A DNA stretch of 64,000 nt from an uncultured Eubacteriales bacterium (GTDB lineage Bacteria; Bacillota; Clostridia; TANB77; CAG-508). Positions 29,663 to 38,644 of the stretch are shown here, piece by piece. Location: assembly GCA_902787685.1 (NCBI GenBank), contig CADAHH010000003.1:113472-177471 (forward strand), read 5' to 3'. Made by a program: the position numbers and the translations under genes. Numbering within the stretch: the first letter of the stretch is position 1; every line of letters starts with the position of its first letter. The notes under the pieces are model-generated. The model saw nothing but the letters and a program-made list of their open reading frames with translations, was not told the origin of the DNA and did not search any database.

Positions 29663-29688
29663 TGAATAATGAGTAATAAGGAGAGGAT

Positions 29689-30468
29689 ATGGAGTTTTTT
29701 GACAGCCATATGCATATTGATGATAGTAAATTTGAACAAGATAGAGAAGAAGTGCTACAAAAAATATATAAACAAGGTGTTACAAAAGCAATAGACTTGG
29801 GTTGTGATATCCAATCTTCGAAAAAGGTATTACAAATAGCAAATCAAACAGACTTTATATATGCTGCTGTAGGACTTCATCCAGAAGAAATTCCACAAAA
29901 TGAAGATGAATTGTGGAAAATACTAGATGAAATTAAAAATTTAGCAATCAATAATAAAAAAGTAGTAGCAATAGGTGAAATTGGATTAGACTATTACTGG
30001 AGAAAAGATAATAACGAATTACAAAAAACAGCATTTAAAGCGCAAATTAAGTTGGCTAATGAATTAAAATTACCAATTTCAATTCATACAAGAGATGCAA
30101 TTGATGATATGATACAAATTATAATGAATAATCAAGTAATGAAATCAGGAGTTCTACATTGTTGCCCATTTAATCCAGAACTAGTTAAACATGGTTTGGA
30201 AGCCGGTTTGTATGTTGGTTTTGGTGGAACTTGTACATTTAAAAATTCAAAAAATGCTAAAAGAATATTAGAAATGGTACCATTAGATAGAATTTTAATA
30301 GAAACAGATTCTCCTTACTTAGCTCCAGAGCCAGTAAGAGGAACAAGAAATGACTCAAGCAATTTAATACATATAGTTAATAAAATTGCTGAATATAAGA
30401 ATATTTCACCTGAAGAAATTGCAGATATTACATACAAAAATGCAGAAAAATTATTTTTTAATAATTAA
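29689..30468 (+). CDS. tatD: TatD-family metal-dependent hydrolase/DNase
   Basis: FDSHMHIDD.., VAIGEIGLDYYW, PISIHTRDA, ILIETDSPYLAP. Confidence 0.85.
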   Translation: MEFFDSHMHIDDSKFEQDREEVLQKIYKQGVTKAIDLGCDIQSSKKVLQIANQTDFIYAAVGLHPEEIPQNEDELWKILDEIKNLAINNKKVVAIGEIGLDYYWRKDNNELQKTAFKAQIKLANELKLPISIHTRDAIDDMIQIIMNNQVMKSGVLHCCPFNPELVKHGLEAGLYVGFGGTCTFKNSKNAKRILEMVPLDRILIETDSPYLAPEPVRGTRNDSSNLIHIVNKIAEYKNISPEEIADITYKNAEKLFFNN

Positions 30469-30479
30469 AGGAGGAAAAC

Positions 30480-30620
30480 ATGTTAGAAGTTAAAAGAGAT
30501 GATTTTGATGAAAGCCTAGAAGATATTATGGCATCAATTAACAGCATTTTAAATAAAACCGGAAAAGGCTATGAAACAAATGATAATAATAATGATGATA
30601 AAAATGAGGAGGGAAAATAG
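30480..30620 (+). CDS. Small acidic hypothetical protein (46 aa; not in the supplied ORF track)
   Basis: ATG 7 nt after AAAGGAGG: MLEVKRDDFDESLEDIMASINSILNKTGKGYETNDNNNDDKNEEGK. It fills the tatD-yqeY gap exactly. Confidence 0.4.
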   Translation: MLEVKRDDFDESLEDIMASINSILNKTGKGYETNDNNNDDKNEEGK

Positions 30621-30623
30621 AAA

Positions 30624-31064
30624 ATGTTAAAAGAACAATTAATGCAAGATTTAAAAGATGCTATGAAGGAAAAAGACACAGTAAAGAAAGACACAGTTCA
30701 AATGGTAAGAGCAGCAATACTTCAAATTGAAAAAGACAAAGGAATAGAAGTTGATGATACAAAAATAATAGAGATTATTGCAAAAGAAGTAAAAGGTAAA
30801 AAAGATGCTTTAGTTGATTTTGAAAAAGGTGGAAGACAAGACTTAATAGACCAAACAAATTCTGAAATTGAGATATTAAGCAAGTATTTACCAAAACAAT
30901 TATCAAAAGAAGAAATTAAGGAGATTGTTCAAACTATAGTTAATGACCTTGGTGCAACATCAATGAAGGATATGGGACCTGTTATGAAAGAAGCAAAAAA
31001 TAAAATTGGCGCTGGTGCTGATGGGAGAAGTATTAATGAAGTTGTAAAAGAAATCCTAACTTAA
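30624..31064 (+). CDS. yqeY: GatB/YqeY domain protein
   Basis: 146 aa. LKEQLMQDLKDAMKEKD...VRAAILQIEKD...LSKYLPKQLS is the typical YqeY pattern. Confidence 0.8.
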   Translation: MLKEQLMQDLKDAMKEKDTVKKDTVQMVRAAILQIEKDKGIEVDDTKIIEIIAKEVKGKKDALVDFEKGGRQDLIDQTNSEIEILSKYLPKQLSKEEIKEIVQTIVNDLGATSMKDMGPVMKEAKNKIGAGADGRSINEVVKEILT

Positions 31065-31068
31065 ATTC

Positions 31069-31189
31069 GTTTGAAAATAATTACAATTTTGACTGTGTTA
31101 AAAACTTGCTTAAAAATGCTCATGTACAACACGTACACTCCGCTTTTTTCGCAAGTTTTTGCCTTGTCAAAATTTAATTCTTTTCAAAC
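31069..31189. repeat. Foldback repeat, family D (about 121 bp)
   Basis: Terminal inverted repeats gtttgaaaataattacaattttgac / gtcaaaatttaattcttttcaaac. The inner arms cttgc..gcaag enclose a GC-richer core. Confidence 0.6.
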
Positions 31190-31242
31190 TAGTATATTGT
31201 ATGGTAAAAAATATTATATATATAGAAGGGAGAATAATTAAA

Positions 31243-31647
31243 ATGAAGATTTATATTTCGGGATCAATATATGGTGGAACACAAAAAATTGAAACATATA
31301 AGATTTTAGTTAAAGAGCTAGAAAAATATGGTGAAGTTTTAAATAAACAGGTTGCAGATGAAAATACAATTCAAAATGAAAAATATCAAAAAGATGAAGA
31401 AATTTATGGTGATTTAGAAAATAAATTATATAGTGCAGATATTATTTTTGCAGAGGTATCTATTCCATCTTTAGGAGTAGGTTATGAATTAGGATTTGCG
31501 GATAAACTAGGCAAAAAAATAGTAGCTATTTATGATAAAAACTATGTAGAAAAGGTTTCTACTATGATTAGAGGAAATAAAAGAATTCATTTAATTCCAT
31601 ATACTGATATATCTGAAATTACTAATAATTTAGGAAAAATATTATAA
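31243..31647 (+). CDS. Nucleoside 2-deoxyribosyltransferase-like / DNPH1-like protein
   Basis: MKIYISGSIYGG.. N-terminus and ..EVSIPSLGVGYELGFA.. are typical of the deoxyribosyltransferase-like fold. The start is at the internal ATG after 'gaagggag'. Confidence 0.6.
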   Translation: MKIYISGSIYGGTQKIETYKILVKELEKYGEVLNKQVADENTIQNEKYQKDEEIYGDLENKLYSADIIFAEVSIPSLGVGYELGFADKLGKKIVAIYDKNYVEKVSTMIRGNKRIHLIPYTDISEITNNLGKIL

Positions 31648-31666
31648 TCTAAAGTATTTTTTTTCT

Positions 31667-31930
31667 TAGCGAGATAAAAAATCGAATATATTTAATATTA
31701 AAATTTCCGTTCTCCAGCCGTTTTATGTATGAGAAATGATTAGATTTATAGCCACGGATTCTAATATAATTAAATGTTAACGTTCTGAACCGCAATTTCT
31801 GGCACTTAGGTTTAACATGCACGCCGTTTATTTAATATTTTAGCAAAATCAAAAAATCTAAAACGGCTTCAGAACTGCAAGTAGGTCGAACTCAATTTTA
31901 TTATTAAATATATTCGATTTTTATTCGCTA
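31667..31930 (+). repeat. Foldback (MITE-like) repeat, family A, copy 1
   Basis: tagcgagataaaaaatcgaatatatttaatattaaaatt ... aattttattattaaatatattcgatttttattcgcta terminal inverted repeats. The interior is near-identical to 36082-36322. Confidence 0.8.
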
Positions 31931-32005
31931 AAAAGTAGAACATTAAAATATCAACTATAAGTTCTAAATTTTATAATAAAATAATAAAGTCTAAAAGGTG
32001 ATAGT

Positions 32006-32746
32006 TTGAAAATGGAAATTCTTAAGACCAGCCTTTTAGGCTTATTTTTTGGTACTTTTGGAACAACTATTGGTGGAATTGTTGGGTGTACTTTTAATAA
32101 TGTTTCAAATAAATTTTTAAGTTTTATATTATCTTTTGCCTCTGGCCTAATGATGTCAGTAATTTGTTTTGATTTAATACCAGAGTCTATTCAATTATCC
32201 AATATTTTAATTTCAGTTATTGGAATATTATATGGAATTATAACAATGATTTTTTGTGATTTATTTGTAAAAAATAAATTTAATAGAAATACAAAATTAA
32301 AATCTAATAGTCTGTTAAAAACAGGAATTATAATAAGCATTGGACTTGCAATTCATAATTTTCCTGAAGGCTTAGCAATCGGTTCTGGTTTTGATGTGTC
32401 TACGAAACTTGGAATAGGTCTTGCTATTGCAATTTGCTTGCACGATATTCCAGAGGGAATATCAATGGCAGTACCTATGAAAAACGGAGGAATGAAAATC
32501 TGGAGGGTTTTACTATATGTACTTTTATCTGGCGTAACAACAGGAATTGGAGCATTAGCAGGAGCAATTATAGGAAATATATCACAAACGATTATTGCAA
32601 TATCTTTAGGATTTGCAGCAGGAGCAATGCTCTATATAGTATCAGGAGAATTGATACCTGAATCTAATAAATTGTATAAAGGTAGAATAAGCGCAGTAGG
32701 GAACATGATAGGATTTATAATTGGAATTGTTGCTACAAAAATATAA
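32006..32746 (+). CDS. zupT: ZIP-family divalent metal (zinc) transporter
   Basis: HNFPEGLAIG and HDIPEGISMA motifs. Polytopic membrane protein. TTG start at 32006 or ATG at 32012. Confidence 0.8.
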   Translation: MKMEILKTSLLGLFFGTFGTTIGGIVGCTFNNVSNKFLSFILSFASGLMMSVICFDLIPESIQLSNILISVIGILYGIITMIFCDLFVKNKFNRNTKLKSNSLLKTGIIISIGLAIHNFPEGLAIGSGFDVSTKLGIGLAIAICLHDIPEGISMAVPMKNGGMKIWRVLLYVLLSGVTTGIGALAGAIIGNISQTIIAISLGFAAGAMLYIVSGELIPESNKLYKGRISAVGNMIGFIIGIVATKI

Positions 32747-32843
32747 AAGAACATATTTTTTAAATAGAATAAAAAAATATAGAGAACAAATATAAAAAAG
32801 ATATAAATTTATCTTGTAAAAGATTTATTTATATCCTTTTTAT

Positions 32844-33071
32844 TTATATTTTAATATTTTTAATATTTTCATAAAAAACATTTAATAATTTTTCGATGGT
32901 TTTGCTATCTTTTATTTTTTCTAATTTATTATCATAATATTTACAAAACATACAATTTGAATAATCATTTTGATCAATTATATATACATAATTAACTTCA
33001 TCAACCATTTCTGTAGCTACTACAACATATTTCTTGTTGTCACTCAAAGTTATTACATCACCTTGGTTCAT
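32844..33071 (-). CDS. Small DUF1292-like protein
   Basis: 75 aa. DVITLSDNKKYVVVATEMVDEVNYVYIID...LEKIKDSKTIEKLLNVF shows the pattern of DUF1292 proteins. It overlaps the upstream gene by 14 nt. Confidence 0.45.
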   Translation of the reverse strand: MNQGDVITLSDNKKYVVVATEMVDEVNYVYIIDQNDYSNCMFCKYYDNKLEKIKDSKTIEKLLNVFYENIKNIKI

Positions 33072-33483
33072 TGCCAGTACCTCCTAATTTTTCTATATTG
33101 TCAGAGTCTAATTTTGTTAGTTGACTTTGTAAATCGTTAATTCTAACTTTCTCTAATAAGCTCCCCATTAAAGCTGTTATTCCCGATGATAAAAAAGCAA
33201 TACAAGCTGGTCCTAAATCGTTATAATACTTTATTATAGCATCTCTAGAAAAAGTTAAAGTGTTTAATTCGTCTTGTAGTACTTGTAAATATGGTATTCC
33301 CATTGTTTTCATATTAAGCATTGCTGCAAAACTGCCAACCAAAATCAAACAACCTCCTAATAATGCGGCATTTTTTTCGGTTTTTTGTGCTTCGTTTATA
33401 GCACCTTCAATTTCTAGTATTTCATATATATCAGGTGGTGCTGAAATTTTTAATTCATTTTTAAAAGTGTTATTTGGTTCCAC
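33058..33483 (-). CDS. Hypothetical membrane protein (two predicted TM helices)
   Basis: 141-aa ORF with hydrophobic segments AALLGGCLILVGSFAAML and ACIAFLSSGITALMGSLL. RBS 'agggagtgag'. Confidence 0.45.
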   Translation of the reverse strand: MEPNNTFKNELKISAPPDIYEILEIEGAINEAQKTEKNAALLGGCLILVGSFAAMLNMKTMGIPYLQVLQDELNTLTFSRDAIIKYYNDLGPACIAFLSSGITALMGSLLEKVRINDLQSQLTKLDSDNIEKLGGTGNEPR

Positions 33484-33744
33484 TTATTTCTCACTCCCTA
33501 ATTTAATAATTTACAAGATTATTATATAGATTTGCTTATAGATTGTCAAGTCCATTGCAGTAGTTTTATTGAAAATTGCAACAATAAAAAAGTATTCTGT
33601 TATTACAGAATATTGGTTTTAAAGAAATCCTAAAAACCATTAATTAGTAACATTCTGTTAAACAAATTAATTTTGTTCGCTTGATTTTTATAAAAAAGTT
33701 AAGTATAATAGCCGAGTAAATGAGAAAAGCAAAGGAGCAAAAAA

Positions 33745-36063
33745 ATGCAAGATATATTAGAAGGATTAAATAACAAACAATATGAAGCTGTAATTCAAAC
33801 AGAAGGGCCAGTTTTGGTAATTGCAGGTGCAGGATCGGGAAAAACAAAAGTATTAACACATAAAATTGCTTATATCATTCAAGAAAAAAAGGCTATGCCT
33901 TGGCAAATTTTAGCAATTACATTTACAAATAAAGCAGCAAATGAAATGAAAGAAAGAATTGCAAACCTTATTGGAGAAGATGCAAAAGATTTATGGATGG
34001 GAACTTTTCACTCAATATGTGTAAAAATCTTAAGAAAACATATAGATAGAATAGGATTTGACTCATCATTTATAATTTTTGATACATCAGACCAAAAATC
34101 AATGGTGAAAAAATGCTTAAAAGAGCTTCAAATAGATGATAAACAATTTTCTGAAAAAGCAGTTCAAGCAGAAATAAGTAATGCCAAGAATGAAATGTTA
34201 GAGCCAGATCAATATTTGGCTCAGGCACATGGAGATTTTAGAAAAGAAAAAATAGGACAAGTATATAGTTTATATCAAAAAAGACTAAAAGAGAATAATG
34301 CCATAGATTTTGATGATATAATTAATTTTACAATAAAAATATTTAACGAAAATCCTGATATTTTAAATTATTATTCATCAAAATTCAAATATGTTTTAGT
34401 AGATGAATATCAAGACACAAACAAATCTCAATTTACACTTGTTAAATTACTTGCAGGAGTTAATCAAAACATAACAGTTGTTGGAGATAATGACCAAAGT
34501 ATATATCGTTTTAGGGGTGCTGATATTGCAAATATTCTAAATTTTGAAAAAGACTTCAAAGGAACGACTGTAATAAAACTAGAGCAAAACTATCGTTGTA
34601 CAGGAAATATTCTAAAAGCTGCAAATGCCATTATAAAAAATAATGAAACAAAATACGAAAAAAAATTATGGACTCAAAATTCAGAAGGAAATTTACCAAC
34701 AGTATATTCAGCTGATAATGAATATGATGAAGCCTCATTTATTGCAGAACAAATTGAACATTTAAAAAGAGAAGAAAGATATAATTATTCTGATTTTGCA
34801 ATTCTATATAGAATGAATACTCAATCAAGAGCAATAGAAGATATCTTAAGAAGAGAAGCTATCCCATATAAAATTGTTGGTGGTTTAAAATTCTACGAAA
34901 GAAAAGAAATTAAAGATATTGTATCATATTTACGTTTAATACAAAACATATCAGATAATTTAAGTTTAACAAGAATTATAAATGAGCCAAAACGTGGAAT
35001 TGGTACAACAAGTATGGATAAAGTTGCAGATTTAGCAATTCAAAATGAAACATCAATGTATGAAATTATTAAAGATGCAGACAAATATGGATTAAATAGG
35101 GTATTTTTAAATTCAAGAGAATTTGTTAACTTTATAGAAGAAGCAAGGTCTAAAAAAGACAATATGCAAATATCTGAATTTGTAAAATATGTTCTTAAAA
35201 AATCAGGATATTTAGCAGCTTTAGAAAACGAAAAAACAATAGAAGCTGAAAATAGAATTGAAAATTTAGAAGAATTTTTAACAGTTGCAATAGAATTTGA
35301 AAAAGAAGAAGCAGAAGCAAATTTAACAAACTTTTTAGAAGGAATGACACTTTCATCAGATATAGATAATATGGAAGATAGTGAAGATACTGTTACATTA
35401 ATGACACTTCATAGTGCAAAAGGCTTAGAATTTCCAGTAGTATTTTTAGTTGGAATGGAAGAAGGAATATTCCCTGGATTTAGGTCTATTGGAGAGCCAA
35501 AAGAAATAGAAGAAGAAAGACGTTTATGTTATGTAGGAGTAACAAGAGCAAAAGAAAATTTATTTTTAACGTGTACCAAAATGCGCACTATGTTTGGGTC
35601 AACAAGTTGTAATTCTCCATCAAGATTTTTAGAAGAGATTCCAAGTGATTTATTAGAAGGATATGATGATGCATTTGGAACATCAAAAATTAAAAAGAAT
35701 TTATTGGAAGATAGTAAATATTCTTGGAACTATGGAAACTCTAATAGTTCTTCACCAATTAAATCATATAATATAAAAGATACATTAGATAAAGGTGTTG
35801 CAGTTGCAAGCAATATTTTTGAAAAACAAGCATCTTTTGGAAGGTCTGCAGAAAGTTTCTTAAGTAGTTTATCTAATAAAGGAAAAAAGGAAATAGACTT
35901 ATCTCAATACGGAGAAGGTGTAAGGATTTTCCACAAGAAATTTGGAGAAGGAACTATAACAAAAACAGAACCAGAGGGAGAAGATTTAAAAGTAGACATT
36001 GAATTTGATAAAGTAGGACATAAACGCTTAATGGCTAAATTTGCTAATTTGGAAATTTTATAA
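33745..36063 (+). CDS. pcrA: ATP-dependent DNA helicase PcrA (UvrD/Rep family)
   Basis: AGAGSGKT, TFTNKAANEM, VLVDEYQDTN, VVGDNDQSIYRFRGA, LEQNYRC, TLHSAKGLEFPVVFL, RRLCYVGVTRA. Confidence 0.9.
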   Translation: MQDILEGLNNKQYEAVIQTEGPVLVIAGAGSGKTKVLTHKIAYIIQEKKAMPWQILAITFTNKAANEMKERIANLIGEDAKDLWMGTFHSICVKILRKHIDRIGFDSSFIIFDTSDQKSMVKKCLKELQIDDKQFSEKAVQAEISNAKNEMLEPDQYLAQAHGDFRKEKIGQVYSLYQKRLKENNAIDFDDIINFTIKIFNENPDILNYYSSKFKYVLVDEYQDTNKSQFTLVKLLAGVNQNITVVGDNDQSIYRFRGADIANILNFEKDFKGTTVIKLEQNYRCTGNILKAANAIIKNNETKYEKKLWTQNSEGNLPTVYSADNEYDEASFIAEQIEHLKREERYNYSDFAILYRMNTQSRAIEDILRREAIPYKIVGGLKFYERKEIKDIVSYLRLIQNISDNLSLTRIINEPKRGIGTTSMDKVADLAIQNETSMYEIIKDADKYGLNRVFLNSREFVNFIEEARSKKDNMQISEFVKYVLKKSGYLAALENEKTIEAENRIENLEEFLTVAIEFEKEEAEANLTNFLEGMTLSSDIDNMEDSEDTVTLMTLHSAKGLEFPVVFLVGMEEGIFPGFRSIGEPKEIEEERRLCYVGVTRAKENLFLTCTKMRTMFGSTSCNSPSRFLEEIPSDLLEGYDDAFGTSKIKKNLLEDSKYSWNYGNSNSSSPIKSYNIKDTLDKGVAVASNIFEKQASFGRSAESFLSSLSNKGKKEIDLSQYGEGVRIFHKKFGEGTITKTEPEGEDLKVDIEFDKVGHKRLMAKFANLEIL

Positions 36064-36081
36064 ATTTAGTTAAGAATGATG

Positions 36082-36322
36082 GAATCTAATATATTTAATA
36101 TTAAAATTTCCGTTCTCCAGCCGTTTTATGTATGAGAAAAGGGACAATTTATAGCCACGGACTATAATATAATTAAATGTTAACGTTCTGAACCGCAATT
36201 TCTGGCACTAAATTTTAAAATGCATGCCGTTTATAATATATTTAGCAAAACATAGTAATTGTAAACGGCTTCAGAACTGCGAGTAGGTCGAACTCAATTT
36301 TAATATTAAATATATTAGATTC
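36082..36322 (+). repeat. Foldback (MITE-like) repeat, family A, copy 2
   Basis: Perfect 27-bp terminal inverted repeats gaatctaatatatttaatattaaaatt / aattttaatattaaatatattagattc. A second long-range stem pairs gttctccagccgttt with aaacggcttcagaac. Confidence 0.85.
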
Positions 36323-36587
36323 TATAGTTAACCGTGAAATTTGAAAAATAGAATTTTTTTAAAGAATAAAAATGATTAAGTGAAAAAACGAGAAAAAAAG
36401 AGATAATAAAATATATAAAAAGAAAAACTGATATTATAGTAGATAGTGAAAATTGAAAAATATTTAATAATATTATAAGATAACAACATACGGGCATAAA
36501 AAAATAAAATAGTCACAAAAAGAAAAAGTCTTACGGATTCTCACATTTTAAGAGAAATTTGAAGAATAATAATTAGGAGAAATTTGA

Positions 36588-37607
36588 ATGAAAAATGTAC
36601 TAATTAAGATAAGAAGTTCAGCAAAATTTTTTGTTTTAGCAAGTGTTGCAACATTTATAATAGCAGGAGTTATGGCATTCGTTTTTAAACCAATTTATAG
36701 TGTTACATTAGATGGGGAATTAATAGGATATTGCTCAAGTAAAAGTAAAATGCAAACAAGAATAGATGAATATATTGAAAAAGGAAATGGAGATAATTCC
36801 AATTTAGCATTTGTTCAAGTAGATAGTATGCCACAATATAAAATGTGCTTATTAAAAAGAAATATTGAAACAAATGATGATGAAATATATGCAAAAGTTA
36901 CAGGAGATGGAACAGCATATTATAAATATTTTGCAGTATTAGAAGATTCTGAAGAAAAGGTTTATGTGCCTGATTTTGCGACAGCAGAAGGTATTATAGA
37001 AGGACTAAAAGAGCAAGATAGTGATAATATAGATAACTTAACAATTAAAGAAAAATATGAAACAGAATTAAAAGATTTTGTAAGTAAAGAAGAGGCAATT
37101 GCTAGTTTATATAAAGAAAAAGCAGTAGAGGTAAAATCAGTTAAAGTTGCATCAACTAAAGCAACTACTTCATCAAGATCTGGTTCATTTTCTACATCAA
37201 GAAATATGTCACAATCAACCATATCACTTGGTGTTTCACTAATAAAACCAGTTAATGGCAGAATTTCATCAAGATTTGGAGCAAATAGTAGAGTAAGATC
37301 AGGCTCTCATACTGGTCTTGATATTGCAACTTCAACAGGTACTCCAATAAAAGCAGCAGCTTCAGGAACAGTTACATTTGCTGGGTGGAAAGGTTCATAT
37401 GGAAACCTACTTGTTATAACTCACTCAAATGGAGTTCAAACATATTATGGACATTGTAGTAAATTATATGTTTCAGCTGGTCAAAAAATTTCTCAAGGAC
37501 AAACTGTTGCTGCAGTAGGGTCTACAGGAAATTCCACAGGTCCACATTTACATTTTGAAATAAGAGTTAATGGAGTAGCATATAACCCACAAAGATATGT
37601 ATATTAA
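36588..37607 (+). CDS. M23-family metallopeptidase (membrane anchored)
   Basis: HTGLDIATSTGTPIKAAASGTV..., YGHCSK, GSTGNSTGPHLHFEI. Confidence 0.85.
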   Translation: MKNVLIKIRSSAKFFVLASVATFIIAGVMAFVFKPIYSVTLDGELIGYCSSKSKMQTRIDEYIEKGNGDNSNLAFVQVDSMPQYKMCLLKRNIETNDDEIYAKVTGDGTAYYKYFAVLEDSEEKVYVPDFATAEGIIEGLKEQDSDNIDNLTIKEKYETELKDFVSKEEAIASLYKEKAVEVKSVKVASTKATTSSRSGSFSTSRNMSQSTISLGVSLIKPVNGRISSRFGANSRVRSGSHTGLDIATSTGTPIKAAASGTVTFAGWKGSYGNLLVITHSNGVQTYYGHCSKLYVSAGQKISQGQTVAAVGSTGNSTGPHLHFEIRVNGVAYNPQRYVY

Positions 37608-37727
37608 TAAAAAATCAAAAACCTTAGCTGTACTGCTAAGGTTTTGATTTTTTACTTGATAATTAAAGTCTATTATAATATAATGTTTGTAATACTATTT
37701 AACAATCGAAAAAGGAGAATACTGGAA

Positions 37728-38264
37728 ATGAAAGAAAAAATCAGTAAGTATTTTATATTTTTTATGTTGTATGCAATAATTGGATGGTGCTATGAAGTAT
37801 TTTTGGAAGTTATTGTATATAAATGGGGGTTTACAAATAGAGGAGTTTTATTTGGACCATATTGTCCTGTATATGGATTTGGAGCATTAGCTTTTATTTT
37901 TACTGTGTATCCGTTAATAAGAAATAAAAAAGGATGGAAAAAATATTTGATGATACCAATTGTATTTTTACTATGTATAGTAATTGCTACAACAATTGAA
38001 CTAATAACATCATATATATGTGAATTTACTATGGGAAGCTGGCCATGGCAAACATATAGTAGCTATAAATACAATTTTCAAGCAAGAATTGCTCTTTCAC
38101 CTTCTATTAGATTTGGATTAGGTGGAGTAGTGTTTTTATATATTTTACAGCCATTGTTTGAAAAACTAGTTGAGAAATTAGGAAATAAAAAGACTAATAC
38201 TATTGCTATAATATTGATGTTAATTATAGGAATTGATTGCTTGATTACATTTTTAATTAAATAA
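37728..38264 (+). CDS. Membrane protein of the 'putative ABC-transporter type IV' (CmpB-like) family
   Basis: YAIIGWCYEVFLEVIVY...NRGVLFGPYCPVYGFGA. The start is at the ATG after 'aaaaggagaatactgga'. Confidence 0.55.
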   Translation: MKEKISKYFIFFMLYAIIGWCYEVFLEVIVYKWGFTNRGVLFGPYCPVYGFGALAFIFTVYPLIRNKKGWKKYLMIPIVFLLCIVIATTIELITSYICEFTMGSWPWQTYSSYKYNFQARIALSPSIRFGLGGVVFLYILQPLFEKLVEKLGNKKTNTIAIILMLIIGIDCLITFLIK

Positions 38265-38302
38265 TTGATAATTGTTTAATAATATTGCTGTAGTAAAAGA
38301 TG

Positions 38303-38509
38303 AAATAGGAATATATAAATATTTTTCGAAAAATCTCGGCTCAATACACATTAAAGAAATTCTAATTTAACAAAATGAGCCTCTTTCACTCAGACCCTCT
38401 GCGCTACGCTTGAGTACCGTGAACGTTCCTCATTTTATTAAATAAGAATTTCTAATAATGCTCCAATCGCATTCGATTTATTCTCAAAATATTTATATAT
38501 TCACTATTT
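38303..38509 (+). repeat. Foldback repeat, family B, copy 1 (upstream of adhE)
   Basis: aaataggaatatataaatatttt ... aaaatatttatatattcactattt inverted ends. About 75-nt arms pair around the core ctcagaccctctgcgctacgcttgag. Only 4 mismatches to copy 2 across the roughly 165-nt core. Confidence 0.8.
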
Positions 38510-38571
38510 TATATTAATTTTCTTTTTTTATAGTTAAATATTATCAGTTATTTTTAAACCTAAGATATGTA

Positions 38572-38599
38572 TTGACAAAAAAAATTAATAATATATAAT
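38572..38599 (+). promoter_or_regulatory. Candidate sigma-A promoter of adhE
   Basis: TTGACA (38572-38577), 16-nt spacer, TATAAT (38594-38599), 45 nt upstream of the ATG. Confidence 0.5.
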
Positions 38600-38644
38600 T
38601 AATTTGCACAGAATAAAAGAAAAAAGTATAAAGGAGAAACACAA

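Noticed and set aside
31159-31242. 5' extensions of several track ORFs: 31159, 37644, 41613, 42888, 43717, 25325, 17339, 61625 and 8723.
   Set aside because: In each case an internal ATG or TTG is preceded at 6-10 nt by a strong SD (AGGAGG/GGAG) and marks the start of family-typical sequence. The extensions overlap repeats, promoters or terminators.
32434-32661. 75-aa ORF in an alternative frame inside zupT.
   Set aside because: It is embedded in a well-supported ZIP transporter gene, has an Arg/Asn-rich nonsense-like translation, and has no RBS.
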